Numbered from the stretch's first letter, positions 36,474 through 44,715 are shown. The stretch: DNA of 55,986 bases from a virus (IMGVR_UViG_3300025127_005641:1-55986); one strand, 5' to 3'. The notes: generated by a model not told the origin, from the letters alone. Program-made: numbers and translations.

Positions 36474-36792
36474 AGGATATGATTTATTTGGAGATCATGG
36501 TATAAACTTACCTACTCCTCACGGTAGTGGTAAGACACCCATGTATGCGAACATGGGTAAGTCAACCAAACCAGATCCTAATCGTAAGATTACATATCCT
36601 CATATGCTTGCTTGTTTTTGTCTTGACTCACATAACACCAGTTATTTTTATAAGAGAGAAGATAGCACATATTATTGGTTACATTGTCGTAAGAATAAGG
36701 ATGATGTTGAGGTAGACGCAGATCAAATACAATTAGATCTGTTTGATGATCCTATATTATCTAAAGAATTCATAATGGAGGCAATTTTATGA
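36466..36792 (+). CDS. hypothetical protein
   Basis: Probable GTG start at 36466; LDSHNTSYFYKRED. Confidence 0.65.
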   Translation: MTKGYDLFGDHGINLPTPHGSGKTPMYANMGKSTKPDPNRKITYPHMLACFCLDSHNTSYFYKREDSTYYWLHCRKNKDDVEVDADQIQLDLFDDPILSKEFIMEAIL

Positions 36793-37091
36793 AAATCGAA
36801 TTTGAAAAACAATTTGGCAAGGGTGTGGATCCTTGGTATGATAAAGCTGAAAGATGGGTTAAGAAAAAATTTAAAAACCCATTTGTACAACACCTTGCAT
36901 TAGGTTTTATTGAATGGTTAAAACAAAAATGGATTGATGTTAAGGTTGCAAATACAATGAGAGATATTGATATTCAGGCAGAAGAAATTAAAAAAATTTG
37001 GGATGAGAAAGAGAAAAAACAATTTGCTCCTGAAGTTATAGAAACTCCTTCTGAAGTTAAGGGATTAAATGATATGGAGATAAAATCTTAG
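36789..37091 (+). CDS. hypothetical protein
   Basis: ATGA-coupled ORF. Confidence 0.68.
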   Translation: MKIEFEKQFGKGVDPWYDKAERWVKKKFKNPFVQHLALGFIEWLKQKWIDVKVANTMRDIDIQAEEIKKIWDEKEKKQFAPEVIETPSEVKGLNDMEIKS

Positions 37092-37092
37092 T

Positions 37093-37389
37093 ATGATTTT
37101 TTGGATTGGATTTTTTGTTATGTTTTTTAATGAAGGATTTGTTATGATGCGACATGTATCACCATGGTTCGCAAGACAAAGAAATAAATTTATTAAAAAA
37201 TTTGGTGAAAATATTTGGTATAGGTTCCATGGTACATTAGATTATGTTTGGATGATATTTGTAGGTCTTGGATTAATATTCAATTCTTACAGATTATTTC
37301 ATTTAGCAGTATTGATGACTTTTTGGGGTGTTTCATTTTCAATATTTTATTTACCAAGGTGGATAAGAAGATGGATAAGAGATGATTGA
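37093..37389 (+). CDS. membrane protein
   Basis: FFNEGFVMMRH, several TM segments. Confidence 0.68.
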   Translation: MIFWIGFFVMFFNEGFVMMRHVSPWFARQRNKFIKKFGENIWYRFHGTLDYVWMIFVGLGLIFNSYRLFHLAVLMTFWGVSFSIFYLPRWIRRWIRDD

Positions 37390-37558
37390 AGTTGTTCAAG
37401 GTGTAAATATTATGATAGCTATACTTTTAGTAGGAGTATGTGTTACAATATACTGGATATTTAAATACGATGATTGGAATCCTAACCCCGTTATTCATAG
37501 TAACATCCCCCATAAATCCAAACACAATGATTCAGGAAATGAGAAATTGGAAATCTGA
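37382..37558 (+). CDS. small single-TM protein
   Basis: MIEVVQGVNIMIAILLVGVCVTIYWIFKYD read manually. Confidence 0.5.
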   Translation: MIEVVQGVNIMIAILLVGVCVTIYWIFKYDDWNPNPVIHSNIPHKSKHNDSGNEKLEI

Positions 37559-37676
37559 ACAAGAAAGAACTCCAGTTGAAGAAATGCTAAATAATACACT
37601 TATGGAGTATGAAGATGGGTGCGATGGTTCCACCAAATCGGAAGAGTTGTTACAACTTCCGAGTAACGAAGATTAA
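37470..37676 (+). CDS. hypothetical protein overlapping both neighbours
   Basis: MIGILTPLFIV...EQERTPVEEMLNN. Confidence 0.4.
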   Translation: MIGILTPLFIVTSPINPNTMIQEMRNWKSEQERTPVEEMLNNTLMEYEDGCDGSTKSEELLQLPSNED

Positions 37677-38079
37677 TCGTGTTGTTGACGGGGATACTAT
37701 TGATGTCACCATTGATCTTGGGTTTGATCTATACAAGAAAGAAAGAGTTAGAATTGCAGGAGTTGATACACCAGAGAAGAGAACAAGAGACTTGGAAGAG
37801 AAAGCATTGGGATTAGATGCTACTAACTGGATGAAAGAAGAGTTAAATGCTGCCATTAAAGGAGACGACGAACTTACTATTAGAACCGAACTTAAGGGTG
37901 GCATGGGTAAGTATGGTAGGCTTCTTGGTTGGTTATATGTTGGCGAAGATGATGTATCACTCAACGAAAAAATGATTGTTCAAGGTTATGCGTGGTCATA
38001 TGATGGAGGAACTAAAAAGAAAGATTTTGAAGAATTGCGTGAGATACGTAGGTCATTCGGTACATTAGATGCTGGATAA
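37615..38079 (+). CDS. thermonuclease (SNase-like) family nuclease
   Basis: RVVDGDTIDV, RIAGVDTPE, GKYGRLLG, LNEKMIVQGYA. Confidence 0.88.
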   Translation: MGAMVPPNRKSCYNFRVTKINRVVDGDTIDVTIDLGFDLYKKERVRIAGVDTPEKRTRDLEEKALGLDATNWMKEELNAAIKGDDELTIRTELKGGMGKYGRLLGWLYVGEDDVSLNEKMIVQGYAWSYDGGTKKKDFEELREIRRSFGTLDAG

Positions 38080-38429
38080 TGTCTGAAATATTTGGTATTC
38101 TATTAATAATTCTATTCATCGTAACAGTAGTATATGTTTGTCTTAGATGGAGTAAACAAATTAAGTGGTTATTGACACCTCTTATTTGGTTAAAGGATAT
38201 ACTTGATGTACAATGGTGGGCAAATCTTATTGGTAATAAAACAGGATTATTTCAACGTGCAAGAAATAATTCATATAGACGATGGTTAGAAACATTGCCT
38301 ATGAAAAAGAAAATTGCTATTGAATTACTTATTGGTGTACCTGTGTTAATTTTAATGGATCACTATTTTCTTATGCCTTATTTTGGTCTAGCAATTTTGC
38401 CTTGGAATTGGGATTGGAGTGGAGGATGA
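38079..38429 (+). CDS. membrane protein
   Basis: N- and C-terminal hydrophobic helices. Confidence 0.65.
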   Translation: MSEIFGILLIILFIVTVVYVCLRWSKQIKWLLTPLIWLKDILDVQWWANLIGNKTGLFQRARNNSYRRWLETLPMKKKIAIELLIGVPVLILMDHYFLMPYFGLAILPWNWDWSGG

Positions 38430-38647
38430 TGAAAAGAACTATTATTGATATTTGTGCAATGACATCTTTTATTATTGTTGTTATGTTAGGAGCATCTGCT
38501 CTAAGAGTATATTTTACTAGAGAATCTACAATTAAAGAAAATAGAGATTGGATGCAGAAGGTAATAGAAGATGAGGTCATTAAACAAATTAAATTCATGA
38601 TGCCTAAAGAGACAGGTGGTGTAAATGTCGGAAATAAAACAAATTAA
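38426..38647 (+). CDS. membrane-anchored hypothetical protein
   Basis: GGAGG upstream, ATGA coupling, one TM. Confidence 0.62.
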   Translation: MMKRTIIDICAMTSFIIVVMLGASALRVYFTRESTIKENRDWMQKVIEDEVIKQIKFMMPKETGGVNVGNKTN

Positions 38648-39389
38648 TGTTCCAAATATTGTAATACCAAAATTTGGTACAAATGAGGTATGGTTAAATG
38701 GTGTGCCTTTTGTTCCTAATAATGATCCACCTATAACTTTACAGATTGGATTCCCGATTGTAGAGATACCTGGTTGTGTCAAGATGCACAAGGACAATCA
38801 GGATAAAGTTACTCGATTACCTTTTGATAAAGATCTTGTAAATCAAGATGAAAAAGGCACAACAACTTTATGCCCACATGGTGAATATCCAACATATGAT
38901 GCAATGAATTATGAACCAGAGCAATTAATAATCACAAGAGAAACTCCACCACCACCTGTTGCACCACCACCCACACCACCAGAGTTCACACCTGATGAAA
39001 TACCAGATCCAAAACAAGAAGTGCCTTGTCCTGGCCCAGGCCAATTAAGGATTGGTGATATAACTCAGTCAGGTGATGAAAGAGTTATTGGTCATCGACT
39101 TATTGAGGGTGGCAAAACCTGTGAGACATTATATGAACCAACTACAACTGTTGAAAAATTTCTCCCACCACTAAATCAAACATCAACTGTGACAGCACTT
39201 GCAGTGGTGGCTACAGCAGGTGCAGCAGCGACACCATTATTGATAAGAATTATAAGACCTGTAATCAAAAAGATATGGACTACTATTCAGAAAAAATTAG
39301 GTAAAAACGTTAGACAATTATCTAAATCAGAAATTGAAACAAATAAGTATCGTGAAAAGAAAGGACTACCACCTATCAAGAGGAAGTAA
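38625..39389 (+). CDS. Pro-rich, Cys-containing protein with C-terminal membrane anchor
   Basis: GFPIVEIPGCV, PPPPVAPPPTPP, ALAVVATAGAAATPLL plus basic tail. Confidence 0.72.
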   Translation: MSEIKQINVPNIVIPKFGTNEVWLNGVPFVPNNDPPITLQIGFPIVEIPGCVKMHKDNQDKVTRLPFDKDLVNQDEKGTTTLCPHGEYPTYDAMNYEPEQLIITRETPPPPVAPPPTPPEFTPDEIPDPKQEVPCPGPGQLRIGDITQSGDERVIGHRLIEGGKTCETLYEPTTTVEKFLPPLNQTSTVTALAVVATAGAAATPLLIRIIRPVIKKIWTTIQKKLGKNVRQLSKSEIETNKYREKKGLPPIKRK

Positions 39390-39390
39390 T

Positions 39391-40260
39391 CTATCTCTTA
39401 GTTCTTCCGATTGAAATGGTTTTTAAAACACTCGCATCCTTACTGATGGGTGGTTTTGTTTTAATTTTATGAGTATGCTCTGCAACAACACCTGGTGGAT
39501 TAACTAATACTACGTCTGCACATACCTTATAGTATGGTGATTTTTTATGGAACATGATACCAGCTTTCATTAATTCACCACAGTTCTTCAAACGAGCTAT
39601 CTCAAAATCTAATCTTTTATTTGCGACTGCCTGATTCATTAAATTAATATTTGCTGCTGCTGCCTGTTTACATTGCTCTTGTAACTTCTTATCTAATGGT
39701 TTAGACCATGTAGCAGAGACACCAAGTGACACTGTACTACTGTCTTTCTGACCTGTTCTTGTTGGTTTATAAAACAAAATTTCCCCTGGATTGTCTGGTA
39801 CATCATCATCATTTGCGTCAACATTATTGTACACGGGATCCATCCAATAATCCTCATACGGCCGCTTTATGGCGATATTTCCTGTGGCGAAGGGGGTAAC
39901 GTTCATGGTAGGACCTTGGCATTGTATCCCATTACCATATGTGTTAGTTATATACGGTCCTTGTAATACTTGTATAGCTTGATTCGTTACTGAGCCTGAA
40001 GAGTTGGCTACTGGGTTTGCTGTTGCTGATACACCACCTATGTCACTCGCAAACGTAGGTGTTACTGATCCAAGTAAACAGATTGAAATCAGTTTGAGAA
40101 AGTGCTGGTTGTATTTGTTACGCTTTGGATAGTGGTCGTGCGATTTATTATTGTGTGATTTTTCAGGCCTGGCCCAGAATAGCTTTCCGTGAATTGAAAG
40201 GGATCTCCTGGTGTTACCATTGTGAAGTTTGGCTTTTGTGTGTGATCTAAACCAGTCCAT
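39391..40260 (-). CDS. secreted hypothetical protein, start uncertain
   Basis: Signal-like LISICLLGSVTPTFA, GGVSATANPVANSSGSVTNQAIQ, FEIARLKNCGEL...CADV. Confidence 0.75.
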   Translation of the reverse strand: MDWFRSHTKAKLHNGNTRRSLSIHGKLFWARPEKSHNNKSHDHYPKRNKYNQHFLKLISICLLGSVTPTFASDIGGVSATANPVANSSGSVTNQAIQVLQGPYITNTYGNGIQCQGPTMNVTPFATGNIAIKRPYEDYWMDPVYNNVDANDDDVPDNPGEILFYKPTRTGQKDSSTVSLGVSATWSKPLDKKLQEQCKQAAAANINLMNQAVANKRLDFEIARLKNCGELMKAGIMFHKKSPYYKVCADVVLVNPPGVVAEHTHKIKTKPPISKDASVLKTISIGRTKR

Positions 40261-40523
40261 GTCGAAGTCACTCCATTCAGTGTATTACTATTTTGGTTAG
40301 TGTTAGGTGCCGAAATAGTGCTTCCATCGTGTTGTATGTTTGTGCCCGTTATTACATACTGATAGCCCGTATCGTATTGCATCGAATTTATCGTCTCCGT
40401 CACGGTGGAAGTCGTTTCCGTGTTTGAAGTCATTGAGCCCTGTGTAAAATTTGGGACCACGGGCACTGCATACGCAGATGGTATGATACTAAAAAGAAGT
40501 AGTAGTATACTATATCTTTTCAT
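40089..40523 (-). CDS. secreted Thr-rich protein
   Basis: Sec signal ending SAYA, then VPVVPNFTQGSMTS. Confidence 0.8.
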   Translation of the reverse strand: MKRYSILLLLFSIIPSAYAVPVVPNFTQGSMTSNTETTSTVTETINSMQYDTGYQYVITGTNIQHDGSTISAPNTNQNSNTLNGVTSTWTGLDHTQKPNFTMVTPGDPFQFTESYSGPGLKNHTIINRTTTIQSVTNTTSTFSN

Positions 40524-40535
40524 GATATCACAAAT

Positions 40536-41036
40536 CTAATTTATTGTCAACTCGTTTACAAATTGCCCAACAGCCACAGTACCAGCTCCACCACTTGTTA
40601 CCGTCATCGCTCCAGCAGTTGTGATAGTACCAGCTAGAGTACCTGCTGTACCAGCTGATGTTGAAACTTGATCTGATAGAGCACTTACAGCACCAGTAGT
40701 TGGAGCACTTGTTACTAATGCATCACCAGCAACGAATGACTGACTTAAGCTGAAACTTGCACCTGGAACATCTTGTGTAAATGTAGTTGCCGTAGGATCA
40801 CCTACACCTGAAGAAAATGTCATTGCACCGATACCATTGGTTACAGCACTGTCACCAGAACCATATGTGCTATCGAGACCATTTCCACTTACCGCATAGG
40901 TGTTACCAACTCTCTCAACTTGAGTGGCTGCAGCATTCACGGTTAACTGAACACTTGAACTTAGTTTATGTGTAATATCCGCAAATGCAGGAGAACTAAA
41001 ACCCGCAAACAATAATAAGGTAAATAGTTTCTTCAT
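40536..41036 (-). CDS. secreted Ser/Thr/Gly/Ala-rich protein
   Basis: Sec signal ending PAFA, then DITHKLSSSVQLTV. Confidence 0.8.
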   Translation of the reverse strand: MKKLFTLLLFAGFSSPAFADITHKLSSSVQLTVNAAATQVERVGNTYAVSGNGLDSTYGSGDSAVTNGIGAMTFSSGVGDPTATTFTQDVPGASFSLSQSFVAGDALVTSAPTTGAVSALSDQVSTSAGTAGTLAGTITTAGAMTVTSGGAGTVAVGQFVNELTIN

Positions 41037-41064
41037 GTGTAAAAATACTTATTACTTACTGCTC

Positions 41065-41071
41065 TATTTAG
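41065..41071 (-). promoter_or_regulatory. late promoter CTAAATA for the minus-strand operon
   Basis: TATTTAG on plus strand, about 30 nt upstream of the 41036 start. Confidence 0.6.
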
Positions 41072-41124
41072 GATAAAAAAAACTGTATATATAAATCAGT
41101 ACAAATATTAATTAATTACTTATT

Positions 41125-41364
41125 ATGTCTGAGCAACAACAACATCTTGCAAGTTTGCTAGAACAAAGGCAAACTCTTGTTAATGAAATAAATGAATTGA
41201 ATAATAAGGCAGCAGCAAAAAAAGAATTAGTTCTTCGTGCATTGGGTGCAATAGAATACTTACAGCAAATTGGTGTAACTCTTCCAAAAGAAGGAGAAGA
41301 AGCACCATTACCAGAACCACAAATACCAGTGGAACCAGAAGTGGTAAAACAATCAGCAGAATAA
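41125..41364 (+). CDS. coiled-coil hypothetical protein
   Basis: GAIEYLQQIGVTLP. Confidence 0.7.
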   Translation: MSEQQQHLASLLEQRQTLVNEINELNNKAAAKKELVLRALGAIEYLQQIGVTLPKEGEEAPLPEPQIPVEPEVVKQSAE

Positions 41365-41370
41365 TAAATA

Positions 41371-41427
41371 TGCCAGTTAGCAAACTGGCACATAAGGGTT
41401 GACAATAATCTAAAATTGTAATATATT
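41371..41427 (+). promoter_or_regulatory. inverted repeat plus sigma70-type promoter
   Basis: TGCCAGTT-agca-AACTGGCA, then TTGACA(41399)-N17-TATATT. Confidence 0.6.
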
Positions 41428-41432
41428 ATATT

Positions 41433-41620
41433 TGTTGGACGCAACATGGGAGTGACTGAATAAACTTACTGGCAACCGCTAGTTAAGGTGATGAGACACA
41501 GGTGGTGCTGCTGCAGCGATGCAGAACCGATTCAACCAATCGGGTCTCAGGCAATAACGTTTTTACTTCTGTAGTAATGCCCGTTATTTGTTGGTACACA
41601 GGAACCCAACCTCCCTCTTT
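41433..41620 (+). ncRNA. manA RNA motif (probable)
   Basis: About 190-nt GC-rich multi-stem element (GGGAG/CTCCC closing stem, GAGAC/GTCTC, CTGCA-gcga-TGCAG, CCGATT/AATCGG, AATAACG/CGTTATT) upstream of talC, a context known for manA in cyanophages. Confidence 0.72.
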
Positions 41621-41664
41621 TTTGACTATATAAGAGAAATAATATGAACAATTCATCAAAGACT

Positions 41665-42327
41665 ATGAAAATTTTTCTTGATACCGCAGATACTCAAGCA
41701 ATTAAAGAAGGATATGATACTGGATTGGTAGATGGAATTACTACCAATCCTTCTTTAATTATGAAGAGTGGTAGAAATCCCGAAGATGTATACCAAGAGT
41801 TAATTGACTTGGGTATACCCGATATAAGTATGGAGGTGGTGGGTAATGCTCCCTCTATGGCTTTAGAAGGAGCAAGACTTGTTAAAAAATTTGGTAAAGA
41901 TCAAACTACAATTAAAGTTCCTTGTACACCAGATGGTTTATGGGTATGTAAACAGTTATCAAAAGACTTGATAAAAGTAAATGTAACTCTTATATTTTCA
42001 CCAGCACAGGCAATACTTGCTGCAAAAGCAGGTGCAACATATGTTTCACCATTTGTAGGTAGAGTTGATGATAATTCATATGGTGGTCTATGTCTTATAA
42101 AAGATATTGCGAATGTATATGCAAAACAAAATTGGAAACAGACTGAAATATTAGCAGCTTCTATCAGAAATGTAAGAGATGTAGGTAGAGCATTTGAGTA
42201 TGGTGCTAACATATGTACTATACCAACAGGAGTATTTGATAAGATGTATAAGCATGTATTAACTGATGCTGGATTGGCACAGTTTGATAGGGATTGGGCA
42301 GAGGTACAGATCGGATTGACTGATTAA
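41665..42327 (+). CDS. talC: transaldolase (TalC/Fsa type)
   Basis: MKIFLDTAD, GITTNPSL, TIKVPCT, NVTLIFS, YVSPFVGR, LAASIR. Confidence 0.95.
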   Translation: MKIFLDTADTQAIKEGYDTGLVDGITTNPSLIMKSGRNPEDVYQELIDLGIPDISMEVVGNAPSMALEGARLVKKFGKDQTTIKVPCTPDGLWVCKQLSKDLIKVNVTLIFSPAQAILAAKAGATYVSPFVGRVDDNSYGGLCLIKDIANVYAKQNWKQTEILAASIRNVRDVGRAFEYGANICTIPTGVFDKMYKHVLTDAGLAQFDRDWAEVQIGLTD

Positions 42328-42557
42328 TGTCTAAAATAGATACTCAAGGAATGTCATATGGAGATGGCATTAGTGGCAGAAGTATCGAAGAACAACGTGC
42401 TGCCATACCACCTTTACAGGTAAACAAAAGAAACATTATATCAGATGCACTTAAGATTGAATTGAAAGATCTTATTAATGAAGTTTTAGATGAGAGGGAT
42501 CATGAAAAGAAACTTCAAGGCCCTTATGATTTTCCAGAAAATAATTCATATGAATAG
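42327..42557 (+). CDS. hypothetical protein
   Basis: MSKIDTQGMS...ELKDLINEVLDER; TAATG coupling. Confidence 0.68.
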   Translation: MSKIDTQGMSYGDGISGRSIEEQRAAIPPLQVNKRNIISDALKIELKDLINEVLDERDHEKKLQGPYDFPENNSYE

Positions 42558-42572
42558 TTTGATTTCGTAACA

Positions 42573-42602
42573 CTTGACACATTCTTAACCTTGTGTTAAA
42601 CT
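42573..42602 (+). promoter_or_regulatory. Pho box (PhoB/SphR-type)
   Basis: CTTGACAC-att-CTTAACCT-tgt-GTTAAACT: three 8-mers at 11-bp period, the middle one matching the cyanobacterial consensus. Confidence 0.65.
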
Positions 42603-42722
42603 AAATACCATTACATAGAACAAAGGCCCGAAAGATCGTCCCCTGCGTAGAATGTAAAATTCTAGTCGAAAGAATTTCCATCCGCAGGTTTTTTAATGCC
42701 TTGCGAGATACTATAAACAAAA

Positions 42723-43079
42723 ATGATTAAATCAACAATCGCTGCAGTAGCAGCATCTCCATTCCTATTCGCTGGTGCAGCCTTTGCTGGTCCATACGTT
42801 AATTTGGAAGCAAGTGGTTCATATCCTGATGGTGCATACACATCTGGTGGACTTGAAGCAGTAGTTGGATACGAAGGAGCAACAGAATCAGGTATCGGTT
42901 GGTACGTGTCTGGTGGCCCAACAGTAACTCATACAGAAACTGCTGATGAGTTCGGTGATGTAGAATTCATTGGATACGTCGGTGGATCTTATGATAAGTT
43001 CTACGGAGAAATCTCTGGTGTAACTGCAGAAGACGATGTTGACTGGTCTGCTAAAGCAGGTGTTAAGTTCACATTCTAA
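42723..43079 (+). CDS. secreted small beta-barrel-like protein (PhCOG173/DUF680-type)
   Basis: Signal peptide ending AAFA, then GPYVN; alternating beta pattern; C-terminal KAGVKFTF. Confidence 0.75.
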   Translation: MIKSTIAAVAASPFLFAGAAFAGPYVNLEASGSYPDGAYTSGGLEAVVGYEGATESGIGWYVSGGPTVTHTETADEFGDVEFIGYVGGSYDKFYGEISGVTAEDDVDWSAKAGVKFTF

Positions 43080-43100
43080 GGTTCAGTAACAACTTTACAA

Positions 43101-43128
43101 AGACCTCTACATAGTAGGGGTCTTTTTT
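43101..43128 (+). terminator. intrinsic terminator
   Basis: AGACCTCTAC-ata-GTAGGGGTCT plus T-run. Confidence 0.82.
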
Positions 43129-43133
43129 ATATA

Positions 43134-43277
43134 ATGAATTTACTCAAACATCCGTTGTTTCAGATCAATATGATATTGGTTTGTTCTCTTGTGTTTATAG
43201 AGTTAATGCATATCAACTATCACAGAACAACACCACCTTGTCCTGCACAGCAAATAGAGATGGAGGATGATTGGTGA
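43134..43277 (+). CDS. small membrane protein
   Basis: MNLLKHPLFQINMILVCSLVFIELMHINYH. Confidence 0.55.
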   Translation: MNLLKHPLFQINMILVCSLVFIELMHINYHRTTPPCPAQQIEMEDDW

Positions 43278-43378
43278 TAGTAGTTTACTCTATACTATTT
43301 GTTTTAATTATACTTCTTGCCAATTATCTTTATCCAGATTGGTAAATGATATATATAAGTTAAGGTTTGGAAACATTT

Positions 43379-43528
43379 ATGGAAATTAAGTCTAAAGATA
43401 TATTAAAATATTTGTTTCCAATTATCATAATTGTTCAATTATCTGTAGTTATGGTATTGATGTCAAAGAAAACAGTAACTGAATGTAGAGCTGTTACTCC
43501 TCGTTCTTTAGTTTGTGCTCAAATTTAA
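43379..43528 (+). CDS. small membrane protein
   Basis: 49 aa, one TM plus Cys pair. Confidence 0.5.
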   Translation: MEIKSKDILKYLFPIIIIVQLSVVMVLMSKKTVTECRAVTPRSLVCAQI

Positions 43529-43532
43529 TAAA

Positions 43533-44123
43533 ATGAATAAGTGGATTGGAATTAGTTTAGGAACTCTTATAGGTGTATCACATATATCTATGATAGGTCT
43601 CTTATCAACTAGACAACAAAATAAATTACCAGATTTAAAATTACCTGTAGGTGATTACACCACTTATCAGGCAGAAGTGACTAAGGATGGATATAAGATA
43701 GCTTACAAAGCAAACGATCCCAAGACTGCTTTTGTCACTAAAGATATTAAAGAGAAGGGTGGTTTCTTAGGTCTTGCAAATGAGACAACTCAAATTACTG
43801 AAGAATACTTTATGGATGGTTCAACCAACCAAGGTGGTGCAGTTTCAAATCATAGATCTTGGTTAGATGGTAAACCTGGTTTGACTGACGAACAGGCAAA
43901 GGAGATAACTGCAGCAAAATCAGAAGCTTGTATTAAAGCAATCGGGTCAGCAGAAGGAACGGGTAGACTTGTAGGTACTAGCGTTGGTGCAGCAGCAGCA
44001 CCTACTCTTAGCACTATACCATTCGTAGGATGGGTAGCAGCAGGATGGGTAGCAATGTTTGGTGGTAACCAAGGTGCAGAGATCGGTGGAAATATGGCAG
44101 AGGACATGTCTAAAGATTGTTAA
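43533..44123 (+). CDS. membrane protein with glycine-zipper-like C-terminus
   Basis: YKANDPK, GRLVGTSVGAAAA...IPFVGWVAAGW...GAEIGG. Confidence 0.75.
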   Translation: MNKWIGISLGTLIGVSHISMIGLLSTRQQNKLPDLKLPVGDYTTYQAEVTKDGYKIAYKANDPKTAFVTKDIKEKGGFLGLANETTQITEEYFMDGSTNQGGAVSNHRSWLDGKPGLTDEQAKEITAAKSEACIKAIGSAEGTGRLVGTSVGAAAAPTLSTIPFVGWVAAGWVAMFGGNQGAEIGGNMAEDMSKDC

Positions 44124-44126
44124 AAA

Positions 44127-44411
44127 GTGAATGAAGTAAAAGTAAGAATGTTAAAAATGGAACCAATTAGAGTAAGATGCAAATCCTGTGGTAAGGAGAT
44201 AAAGGCTGCTGCAGGAAAGTCAGTATGTTGTGGTTGTGTAAATATGACAACCATTAAAGGACATGTAATATCAGCTGTTGATTTAGGTCAAGTTACTATG
44301 TTGAATACTTATACTACTAAGAAAGATGAAGGTCTTTCGACAGAGCAAATTGAATGGCAAAAAGAGCGTAGCAAACGTAAAATACGCAAGTTAGACTTTG
44401 AAGTCCGCTAA
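44127..44411 (+). CDS. Zn-ribbon hypothetical protein
   Basis: CKSC...CCGCVN; C-terminal RKIRKLDFEVR. Confidence 0.7.
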   Translation: MNEVKVRMLKMEPIRVRCKSCGKEIKAAAGKSVCCGCVNMTTIKGHVISAVDLGQVTMLNTYTTKKDEGLSTEQIEWQKERSKRKIRKLDFEVR

Positions 44412-44489
44412 ATAATTACACTTAGACCAGAACTCACTACTCTTTTCATTTTGTGGGGAGGTCATAAGGGAAGCATTTAAAAAACCAAA

Positions 44490-44651
44490 ATGACTGACAG
44501 ATCTATAGAGTCTGAGTTAAAAAAAGTTCAAAAGAAATTAGATAATATTGAAAAAAAACAAGAGATGATGAGAAAGTTATATGATTTGGAAAGAAAACAA
44601 CAAGAAAAGATGGGCAAACGACCATTAAACTATGTTCATGAGATGACTTGA
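44490..44651 (+). CDS. small coiled-coil protein
   Basis: 53-aa ORF MTDRSIESELKKVQKKLDNIEKKQE; late promoter CTAAATA at 44408. Confidence 0.58.
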   Translation: MTDRSIESELKKVQKKLDNIEKKQEMMRKLYDLERKQQEKMGKRPLNYVHEMT

Positions 44652-44715
44652 CACTCTTGTTATAATAGATATAGAAATAATCATACTTTGATTATGATAG
44701 CAGGGAGTATAACCT

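Noticed and set aside
42544-42555. 12-bp palindrome ATTCATATGAAT
   Set aside because: AT-rich and inside a coding end; plausible by chance.
44411-44489. Possible tRNA in the intergenic gap
   Set aside because: No cloverleaf, T-loop GTTCRA or acceptor stem.
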